From NCBI GenBank assembly GCA_028534125.1, contig CM052817.1, forward strand, positions 41,232,001 through 41,296,000: 64,000 nt of DNA, in the 5' to 3' direction. The notes below the pieces were generated by a model. That model did not search any database. It was not told the DNA's origin and saw nothing but the letters and a program-made list of their open reading frames with translations. The position numbers and the translations under genes were made by a program. Below, one piece after another: positions 24,266 to 36,200 of this stretch (positions are counted from its first letter, which is position 1; each line of letters starts with the position of its first letter). The DNA is from Lama glama. Taxonomy: Eukaryota.

Positions 24266-27200
24266 TAGTACTTCCTTATTTGAATAGCTTTTCCCCTATA
24301 CCTTATTATATACATTATATACATATGTTATATACATATTACACACATTATATACATTTCCCCCTTATATTTTGCTGCTTTTTGCTCACTAGCTGAATCC
24401 TCCACTGTACATTCCTCTACTTCTTCCCTAAAAAAGCATTTTTTAAAGTGTAGAATAAGAATCTTTCACCAGATGTGCTACTTGAGCATTGGTTCTCAAA
24501 ATTTGCTGCATGTCAGAATCACCTGGGAGCGTTTATTAATGACATTTGGAACAGAAGACCAAAGAAACCATTTTAAGTTCCTAGATTTTTTTTTTATGTA
24601 ACCCAAGATTATGAAAGTAGAAGAAGCAAAGGAGATAAGGATGAGGGCTTTATTTTATTTTATTAAAATTTTATTTTATTTTTATCGTGGTAAAATTAAC
24701 ATTTAACATTATGTTAGTTTTAGGTATACAACATAATGATTCAATACTTGTGTATACTGCAAAATTATCACGACAATAAGTCTAGTTAACATCTGTCACC
24801 TTACATAGTTACAAATCTTTTTCTTGTGATAATTTTTAAGATCTACTCTCTTAGCAACTTTGAAATATACAACACAGTATCGTTAACCATAGGCGCCATG
24901 CTGTACATGACATCCCTTGGACTTATTTTATAACTGGAAGTTTCTACCTTTTGACCCTCCTCATCCATTCTGCCCACTCCCTACCCCCAGCAAGGGATTT
25001 AAATAGCCCTCAATTTGGCCTTAACTGCTTCGGATTCCAAAGAAAGAGGCATTTTCTTTTGAGTGACAGGCAGATTACTAAATAGATAGCATCTTCTAAA
25101 CTGATAACCTTAATGCTGTGTGGAAGATAGGTTCTTTGAAGGCTCATTTTTTTTAAACACTTAGGTATTTCATTAGTGATTTTAGGGTGGTCTGTGAAGA
25201 CAGAGAAGAAAAAAGGTCATCTAATGGATCAGTTTAAAGAACTCAGAGGAATATACACCAGACAAGTAGAGGAAAAGAAAGAAGGCTGTGTGTGCTTTCT
25301 TTGCCTTGACTATGTGAGAATTAATCATTTCCAGATGTGTTTATAATTTTCCTTGGCTTAAGTATGCTGTTCATTTAAAGTTTTGAAATACGCTCTGGTA
25401 AACCAAATTACCTCTGTTAAAAAAAAAAAGATGGCTCTTATACTTTTAGGTCAGATACCATTTATTTTTCAGATAATTAATCTCAGAAAATGAGATTGTG
25501 GTGCCTTTTGAAAAGGAGCTGATTAGTCAGTGAAGCATGAACATAGGGCTTTCGATATCTATAAATTCACTGGGACTGTCCTTTGGAGCTATTAACTTAA
25601 GGACCACGTTAGCATTGAATTAGCCTGTGTGCCTTTCTCTGATATGGATACATAACTTACCTAGAAGGTAGTAATGGTGTATTTCTGTCAGGTAGCCGTC
25701 TGTGCCCTTAGACTGATGAGAATGACACGTGAAGAAATCAGGAAGGTGGCCCTTAAAAAAAAGTATTAGGAAAAGGATGCTCTGACTTGAGATCAATGCA
25801 TTTTAATCTACCAAAAGAAAACCAGTACATTTTTGTGCCAGCCCAGAGAACATTAGTTATATGTGGTTCTCTTTTTTTGTTGTTGTTTTTATTGAAGTGT
25901 AGTTGATTTACATGTTGTGTTAGTTTCTGGTGTACAGCACAGTGATTCAGTTATACACATATATATATATTCTTTTTCATATTCTTTTCATTACAAACTG
26001 TTGAATATAATTCCCTGGGCTATATATATTAGGACCTTGTTTATCTATTTTATATATAGTAATTTGTGTCTGCTAATCCCAAATTCCTAATTTAACCCTC
26101 CCCCACCCTTCCCCCCTTTAGTAACCATAATTTTGTTTTCTATGTCTGTAAGTCTGTTTCTGTTTTGTAAATAAGTTCATTCATGTCATTCTTTTAGATT
26201 CCACATGTAAGTGATAGCATATGATATTTGTCTTTCTGTCTGGCTTACTTCACTTAGTATGATCATCTCTACGTCCATATATGTGGTTATTATAGTGGAT
26301 TTCCTCAGTTGCTCATCTAAAATGTCATGGTAGTGTTTTCATGACCCAACTTTTATTGTACTTTCAAGAGCAGCTCGAGAAAAGAACATTTTGTTCTTAG
26401 AGATCTGAAAAGACACCTTATGTGTATGTGTCTCTTTTAAACCATTAGCTCACTTAGAGGTAAGCTGAATCCTCTAACTGCCCTCATTTTACCTGGTGGT
26501 TCTCCACCATCAAGGTAAAATCATTTAAGTCCAGGGCCTGAGCTCACACAGTGGTGAGAACATTCAAGTAGAGCGAGGAGGTAATCCTTTTCTACTCCCT
26601 GGCAGACATATAGGAAGAATGTCCAGCAGATGCTCCAGTGTCTAATCCGCAAGCTCGCTGCGCTCAGCCAGTACGAGGAGGTCCTGGCGAAGATCAGCTC
26701 CACGTCGACAGATCGGCTCACCGTTCTCAAGACCAAGCCCCAGTCCATACAGAGGGACATCATTACGGTCTGCAGTGACCCTTACACGCTGGCCCAGCAG
26801 CTGACTCACATAGAGCTGGTGAGGCCTTGTCATCCTTGTCCTTTATAACCCAGGCTCGGTTTGCTTTGGCAACCAGACATGTGTTCGTCAGCAGTCATGT
26901 CAGGGGAGAGGTTAGAATAACCCAGATGGGAAATAATCTATTTCAAATAGCTGGAATGTTTTGTTTATAGACATTTGAATAAGAGTTTTTCTGATATTCT
27001 GGGAATTCACTTTAAAATAAATACTAAGCAAGTCTGAGGAGCAGCATTTCTTGACCTTCCTCGTCTTCCCCCTCTAATTAATTTTTCCACAACTCGCTTA
27101 GCCTTTTACTCTCTAATGTAACATTGACTCAAGCAGAAAACTGCCCCTGCTCAGACCTTGAAGATGATGACAATATTGAGGATTAAAGGCTCATTTTACA

Positions 27201-30200
27201 AGCTGCATAAAAAAATGAGGATAGTTTGGGGGGGGTATAGCTCAGTAGTAGAGTACATGCTTAGCATGCATGGGTTCAATCTCCAGTACTTCCAGTAAAA
27301 CAAAACAAAACAAAACAAAAAATAATGAAGGTAGTGTCAAAGGTCAACAGACAGAAAGGAAAGCCCATTTCTTCTTGTTGTCTTTAATATTGTTGACCTG
27401 CTGTGTTTGTGTTTCAGGAGAGGCTCAATTATATTGGCCCAGAAGAATTTGTTCAGGCATTTGTGCAGAAGGACCCTTTGGACAATGACAAGGTAATTGG
27501 TCTACCCAGAGGTCAGCCCTGAAATTGGAAATGGAGTTCTTTAGTCTATGGCTGTGGTATAATAGGCAGAAATTGGGACAATTTTGTTTCAGTTTTTAAA
27601 ATCAGAAAGTTTTTTTGAGGGCCGGGGGAGGATATAGCTCAGTGATAGAATCCATGCTCAGGTTGCACGAGGTCCTAGGTTCAATCCCCAGAACCTCAGA
27701 TTAATCAGTCAATCTAACTACCCCCACCCTGCAAAAAAGCAAAAACAAACAAAGTTTCTTTTTCATTAGCCATGTCTGATTCATTGCCTTTTCTGAGCCT
27801 GATCTCCAAGTGCCTTGAAAGTATTCTTATCCTATCACCAACTCTTAGCCTCTTCTACCTCCTTATTGGGAAATTTAATAAGCAAGTAGATGCAGGCATT
27901 TGTGGTGATGAAGGTAGGAGATAAAAGCATAATGGTTTTAGCAGATTAAGCCAGGAATAAATACGAGAGGATGCTCTGCTCGTGAGTCAGCTGCAGCAGG
28001 GCAGTGAAGACCGGACGCACACCCGGCCGAGGAAGGGTCTTTCCTGCTTTGCCTCCCGTCCTGACGTGAACGCCTCGTGTCAGGTCGTTGCCTGAGTGAA
28101 GCCCGTATGTAAAGGAACTAACTCTAGGCGTGGACTGTGAAATCAGTGTACGCACATAAGTTTTTCCCCCAGTGATCTCCAGAAGCATTTCGAATTTTTA
28201 GGCAGAGACTGCATCACCCATTAATGAAAGCTCCCCTTTGGGAGTAGGAGCAACAGCTGTTTTCCGGCCTTAGAATAGGTTCCCTCAGCACAGGAAGCAA
28301 AGATTAGGTTTTGCAATAGAAGGCTAGTGGACTTTTTTGTTTGTTTCTTTTGGAAGGAAGGCAAGAGGGCTGTAATTAACCTGTTCAAGCTTGGCCTTGA
28401 ACTCGGAGATGAGCTTAATTACTTTTTGCTCTTGAACATTGTGTCACTCATCCCACTAAAGACCCCCACTAAAGATAGGCTTCCATTTATCTACCTTGGA
28501 AGAGATTTCGTTTCTTGCTACACAATGTTCTAAAATTTTGTCCTAGACTTAATTTTAATAGAAAATTTTCTAGTCAGTCCTCTGCACTCTGAGCTTTTCC
28601 TTGCGATTGTGCTGATAGCAGTTGGCATTCACGTCCCATTAATTGGTCAGGCTTGTTTTAGAATGCAGCCCAAACACCCCCCACCCTTAGTTTTTTTTTT
28701 TTTTTTTTTGAATTGTGCTTCTGAGGACAGTTCCCACCCAGAGTAACTTCGTTTCCAGGAAGAGAAGAGCATTGTCATGGATGCAGCAGAATCTGTTTCT
28801 AGACCCAGGGGTCTCACTGGGCTCTGCTGAGAGGTTTGCATATTTCTGTACGGAGAGTCCAGAATGTTAGTGGTTCTCTCGCTCTCTCTCCCCACCTACC
28901 CTCTTCTTGTCCTAAAAAGCCTTCCTGATCCGTAAACTGAGAATAATGGCCCATATCTGTCAGAATTGAGAGCCTGATACACTCTTTTTTCCCTCCAACT
29001 CATCTGCTCACTGTACTTTCTCTGCAGAGTTGCTACAGTGAACGGAAGAAAACACGTAACTTAGAGGCTTACGTGGAATGGTTTAATCGCCTCAGCTACT
29101 TGGTTGCTACAGAAATTTGTATGGTGAGAAAATGAATATTTTTTCTCTTCTAGCTCTATCTGTATTATTTTTTCATGCTTATTATATATCTGTTGGGCCT
29201 ACATGTTAGATCGCTGACCTCTTTTTTCTTTTTCTATGCAGCCTGTTAAGAAGAAGCACCGAGCAAGGATGATCGAGTATTTCATTGACGTGGCTCGGGA
29301 GTGTTTTAACATCGGCAACTTTAATTCCTTGATGGCAATAATCTGTGAGTGTTTTTCCGGAAGATCTGAGTTCTTTATTTTTATAGGTCTTGTGAAATGT
29401 ATCCATTGAAAATTTGCCAGTAGTATGGTTTTGTTAATGAAAACTGTACTCTTCAATCCAGAATTGTTTCAGAACGTTCAGAATGCTTTAACTATCCAAA
29501 TTGGTACAAAGATGTACAATCTTTTCTCAATGTATGAGAATTCATGGGATACATTTAGTCAGTTTATCCTCATCTGAATGTTTATCTGTAAAAGTTTCAA
29601 GTGAGATATTTGTCTAAATGATGGGTTTCAGAAAGTGTTTGGGCAGCTTGTGTAATTAAGCATTATAGAAGTATCTGATCTGAGACTAAATTAAATGATT
29701 CCATCAGCAAGACAAGAGGGTGGCCGTAGAAAGTGGAACATTTTCTGACTACCCATGTTCCTAGCAGTTACCCTCCACAGACCTTTTTACCCTAGTGTGT
29801 AAACTTTGCTCCTCTCTAGACCATGGGGATTTTAATGCCAGCGACCGTTCATTCTATAAACATAGGGCATGGGGTGACATTGCACCTTGGTTTTCCCTAT
29901 TTAAACCTGTTGTCTTGCCACAATTACTGATAATGACTCATTCATTTAAAAATATCCTAATTTATATGACAAATGGTATACAGCTATCCTACACATTATA
30001 GGTACCCAGTAAATACTGGAAGATTTACCTGACTCTTGAGAGTCAGGGCCAGTTTGAAGCCAGAGAATCCACCAAATTTAATTCAATTATTTTGATCCTA
30101 ATAAATCCCCCTCTGTCACCAATTCTTTTTTCCATTTTTTTAAACTATTATTTCCCCTTGGTCTCTCCCACAAAAATATTGGACAAGCTTCAGCTCTTCT

Positions 30201-33200
30201 GGCTTACTGCATGAAAATAGTGAACAGAAAGGTCATATAAACCAGGGACCTGGAGAGGTAGGTCCACAGTCTAGGTAATAGAAGATTACTTGATTTCCCT
30301 CTTATACTGTTAAGAAAATGTCAAGACAAGCCATATCACAGGAGAGAGTACTGGTAATACATCTAGCTGAAAAAGAAAGTGCTCAGAATCTGTAAAGGCC
30401 CCTACAGAGCAGTAATAAATAGACAGATAACTCAATGAAAAAAAGGGCAAGATACTCGGACACTTCACAAAAGATTTCCTATGGATAATAAGTAGATGCA
30501 AAGATGCACCACATCAGAGAAATACAAATCAAAATTAAGATCACAGTGAAATACCATTTCACCCTGGAGTGACTGAAATTAGGAAGACTGATTGAGCCAA
30601 ACATGGATGAGGAAGTAGACCAAGTGGAATTCTCAGACCTGAGTGTGGGTATAAAATGGGACTGCTACTTTGGAAAATTGTTCAGCTTTTTTTTTTTATA
30701 AAGTTAATTTCCTTACACTCAGTAATGAACACTTCTTCAGAATGTCCGTTAGAATGACCTCTCTTATTTCTCTCTTTCCACTTGCTTGTTCTCCTCTGTT
30801 TCCAACTGGAAAGCTGGCATGAACATGAGCCCAGTCTCTCGACTGAAAAAAACTTGGGCCAAAGTGAAGACGGCCAAGTTTGACGTCCTCGAGGTATGTG
30901 AAGCTGGTGTTCTGCTGTCGAGTAACATTTTGCACCTGGAAGGTGGAATTCTTATGTGATCTTATCTCTTGATCAGATGGTGCCACAGAGAAGAAGGCCC
31001 ATCTCTCCTTACAGACCCAGGGAAAGAAAGGAGGCAGAGTTGGAGGAAGGGAGAATGAGTCAGGTGGTCAACTCGCCCTTTCATAGAGAGGTGTCCACTT
31101 GGGGTGAATTGACTAAAGAAATGGTCACCTGTCAATCACATGACATCACATGCCAGGATGGAATTTGGGTCCTGAACAGCTTGGATTTCTGCTTCAATGT
31201 GGGCCTGCTAGCTTCACTTGTTTACATTATTCCCTGGGAGGAGCCTCATCCCTATAGAAATATTCACTCACCATCCTTTCAACAAATTTAGCTAACCTGT
31301 GAAAAAGCCCTTTGCATATAATTATGAGGGATTAAGAACTGTGCAGAAAGCGAAGAACTATACTGAATATCTTGTAATAACCTATAATGAAAAATAATAG
31401 GAAAAGGGATATATATATGTATTCCTAACTCATTATGCTGTACACCAGAAATTAACACAACATTGTAAACCGATTGCACTTCAAAAAGCAAAAAGAAAAA
31501 CAAACAAATAAAATGGAACCAAAGGATATGAAATGGAGTCTCTTCAAAAAAAAAATTGTGCATAAAGGCATTTGTGTTTGAACATATCATGTCAAGACGT
31601 TCATGTTATGTGTTGGTGCTTTGAATCTACTACCTTTGGAGATAAAATTAAGAAAGTATTCTTTCCTAAGCTTTCCTCTAAATTGGGAATTGTCATTGGA
31701 TATATTACATTCTGCTTTATTGATATTTTCTAATACATTTCTTTTCCTTTTTGGAAGATAGTATGCTTTAATTATTGGTGAGTGATTTGTTACCAAATGC
31801 AGAGAACAAGTCCTCTACAAAGTGTTGGATCACCATACAGTGACTAACCTTCAACTGACCCATTAACCTTCAGATGAAACCAGGAAATGGTTTCCTATGC
31901 TGGTTTTTGACTCCTTGTTATCCATTTTAAGTCTAATCTCAACAGTTAACCTGGAAAGAATTTGGCCTAGATTTAACATTATCAAAGCTGACATCAGCTT
32001 ATATAAATAAACCAAACCTCATGAAAGAAAACATTTGTGTTCTAATGTGTTTCATGCCTATGTGTGTGTAGGGGGAATAAATCCTGTTCTTAATGAGTTC
32101 TCCAACTTAGTTTGAATTTTTGCTGCAGGTGAGAAGTGCCTGGTTAATACTGCCCTCTCCTTTGTCCACAGCATCAGATGGACCCTTCCAGCAATTTCTA
32201 CAATTACCGAACAGCTCTTCGTGGGGCGGCACAAAGGTCTTTAACTGCTCACAGCAGCAGAGAGAAGGTATGTGTTTAAAGGGGTTTTGTTCATGGTGGA
32301 GTTACCGTGTGCTGCACTGAATTGCAACTTGAACTACTACTCTGAGATGCTTTTACCTGTTTAGGTCTAAGAAAGAAAGTTGGCCTACTGTAGACATTTT
32401 TATCACTTGCCACAGAGGGAAGGGGGAGCACTGAAGGAAGGGTAGACTGAGGAAAGGGAAAGGGAACTTGGTGGAGAGCTTTGCAAATGTCATTATTGCA
32501 TTGTTTATATGATTGTTTTGTAATGTGTCATAGCTGTGTTTCAAGCAGTGAATTAAGTCATATGTTAAGATGACTAATAGCATCAGAGAATAATTTGATT
32601 TAACGGAAAACAGACAGTTGAGCTCTGTGCAAGGTAGCTGACTTAATGTAACCTTTTCTCTTAAAAGAATCAGCTTACCTCCCATGGTTAAGTCATTTAT
32701 TTTCAGAAAGTAGGTTACTTGCTGCGGCATTAGGCCTGCTGTTGCTAATTGGCTATGTGGGAGGCAGAAAAGGCACAGGGATAATGTCTGAGAAATGAAT
32801 GATCCTTACTCTGCCTGCCTGCCCTTAAACAATTTAACGCTGTCCGCTGTCCCGGATCTTCCATCCTCCTGACTTGGAGGAGCCTCTCCTGGCACATTTC
32901 AGGGTCACATTTCCATACATGGGAAGGATAAGTCACCTTAACATTTGGAGAGCATGTTATTTGAGAAGTAAATACCTTGTTACAGTAAGTGGGCTGATGA
33001 AAGTTATTCTCTGCTTAGATTCTATTCATCTTTTAATTTTAACTTTATCTTCAACAAATAAAAGAAAATGAGGGTGAAAAAATGCAGGATGTCTCACTCA
33101 CTTTCCCTCAGGAGCTTCAGCCTCTTATGATTTAAAAGAAAAACAGTGGGGAAGGGTATAGCTCAAGTGGTAGAGCACATGCTTAGTTAGCATGCTCACA

Positions 33201-36200
33201 GTCTGGGTTCATCCCCAGTACTGCCTCTAAAAATAAAATGAACAAACAAACCTAATTACCCCCCCCGAAAAAAAACCCTAAAAGATAAATAAATTAATTA
33301 AAATAAAATACAAAAAAAAGAAAACTAGGTGGCACAACTGGAAATCCACTTGGCAAAAATAATAATGATAATAATTTTTTAAAAAAGAAAAACAAGCCCT
33401 AAATTTAAGAAACCCCACCTTTTAAACATAGTAAATTGCTTCTCAAGAAAATCCAAGCTATCAGTTATGATCATGTTGGAGAGCTACTGTAAATACATTA
33501 ATTTTTCTTTTAAATAAAGAAACAAGGTCAGAGAGGGGACACAGCAGAGGTAACTACCTCGACTTAGCTTGAGGGAGTTTACCAGCTTTTAAATTGTACT
33601 TGCCTGCATCCCAGTCCTCCTGTGACTAGATTGAGAAAAGCCTAATCAGGAGTTTTTTAAGCTTTGGAAAATGAGGGTGTGCATGGGAGGGCCCCAGCAC
33701 CCTGAAGTGTGGCGATCCGTCGGAGGCAGTCCGCACCCTGCCCTCCACTCTCCGGGTGGGCTGCCGGCCTCTCCCTGCAGGACCCCGGGGAGTGAGGTGG
33801 GCTCCGCCTTAGCAGGGAGGCTCCAGAACATCTCTCTTCGTCAGGAGCCGCAGCACTGGCGAAAGTAATTCTGACATCCAGCCCTCCCCCAAAAGATCTC
33901 ACTGGATGTTGTACTTGTGGGACTCTGACAGCTTTTTCCACAAAAAAAAGTACTTATCCTTTCCCTCATTTAATAGATTCTGTCTGCTTTCATTTTGTTG
34001 TTGTTCTGTGTGAGCATTTGGATTGTATTCTCTAGTTCATAAAACAAATGATATGACCACCAGTTTAAAAGAAAAATACACCATTTCTTTTTCACTGTTG
34101 GTCTCAAAGGCTATGAATGAGAATGTTTTGGAATAAGCTCTATCTTTCATTCAAGAGAATTGGGATTCTTTTTTTCTTTTTTGAAGTGAAGATAAACTCT
34201 ATTCCTAAGTAATTTCCTGTTTTAAAATCTTCCTGGCAACATGACTGGAGAAATAGAATCTTTAATAGTCTTTGAATTATGTTTCTGTGGCCAAAATGGC
34301 ACACCTCTGGGTACCATACCGTAGAACAAATCACGCCTGTCTTTCACATAGGGGCCATTGAATAAGCTTTACATAGCTGTTTTTGATATGAGTACTCATG
34401 GTTTTAAATCCTTTTTATCATCTGATTTGGGATTGTGGGAACTTGTCCCTGCTCTTCAACATTCATTTCCAGGTGTGGAACTGAGAGTGCCTTTAAGGTA
34501 GAGTTGCCACGTTTCTGCATTAAGAATATTGTGAAAGAGAAACATTGCTCCTTGACCAGTTCTGTCACTAAAGACTACATTGAAAGACCTCTTAGAAACC
34601 AAACTTTTGCTCCTGTTAGTAGCCTAAACATTCACCTTACCTCATGGGAATCCAAAGTCCGTACAGTCTCCTGAATTTTACTATGGCAGATGTGTGTAGG
34701 GGCTTCAGAGTAAATGGGAAGTTGAAGCCCATGAGACTTTTGTCTGGCATGTGGGCATAAGGAAGCGATCGGGATCATCTTTTCTTTTTTTAATTTAATG
34801 CTGGTACTGGGGAGTGAATCCAGGACCTCGTGCATGTTAAGCACACACTCTACCACTGAGCTATGCCCTCCCTCCAGATCAGGATTATCTTAAGGGAGAT
34901 TATTTCTATTTCTGTGTTCTTGGAAGACTGATTCAGACAATTAATAGTGAATCAGTCCAGCAGTTCCACTTCTGGGTATTTGTCTGAGGAAAACAAGAAC
35001 ACTACATAATTAGAAAAGATACATGCACCCCCATGTTCACTGCAGAACATTGTTTGTAAATAAAAATTATTTACAAAGCCAAGATATAGAAACAACATGA
35101 GAGTCTGTTGATGGACGAATGTATGAAGAAATTGTGGTGGTGTGTATGTGTGTGTGTGTATGTGTGTGTGTGTGTGTGTATGCACACACACATAATGGAA
35201 TATTTTTCAACCAGAACAAGAACAATATCTTGCCATTTGTGACAACATGGGTAGATCTCAAAGTCACTATGCTAAGTGAAGTAAATCAGACAGACAAAGA
35301 CAAACACTGTATAATCTCTCTTATATGTGGAATCTAAATGTGTGTATATGTATGTATATATATATATTTTTTTTTTTTTTAAAGCAAGTTTATAGATACA
35401 GAGAACCGGCAGGGGGTGGAGGATGGGGAAAATGGGTGACCTGTTTTGTTTTGTGTTTTAGTTTAAGTAAATTTTATTTTAAAAATAGTAGATTGTATTG
35501 CAGGCACCAGGAATGCAAAAAATCACATAAGATGTAGCCTCTGCCGCCCAGGTGGAGGTACAAGACATGAACTTAGGAAGGGTTTGAGTATCAATGAGAG
35601 ACAGTGAGGAACAGCACCCACCATGTGAATCTCATAGCCTAGCACAGCAGAACAGAGCACAGAAATGACATTTTTACTTAAAAACCCTTACACTGTGCAG
35701 ATACTGCATCTTGATTATAATTCAGCCCTCATTTTCCTTGACGATGCATCAGTAATATTTGTCCCCTTGTATGGGGCCCACTGGTTTCTGGGGAATGCTT
35801 ATTTGAGGTCAAAACTGTATTATTTGATGTAATCTTCACCACAGCTCAATGAGGTAGTTATTACTACTCCCATTTTTAAGTGAGGCTTTCTTAGTAGGTT
35901 AGCCTTCTACCAGGAGTTGGCACACTTTTTCTTTTAACGGCCAGGTCATCAATGTTGCAGGCTTTGTAAACCATACGGTTTCTGTTGCAACTACTCACTT
36001 CTGATGTAGTGGCACAAAGACAGGCATGGCCGGTGTGTAGCAGAGTGAATGAGTGCAGCTTTTTTCCAGTAAAGCTGTCTGGACACTGGAATTTTAACTT
36101 CATGATTTTATGTTCGTGAAATATTACTGTTTTGGTATTTTGATATTTTCCCAGCTGTTTAAAGATGTAAGATGTATGGTTTCTAAGCCATTCTAAAATA

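Noticed and set aside
35140..35192. (TG)n followed by (CA)n forming a fold-back
   Set aside because: Common microsatellite expansion inside an L1 3' region.
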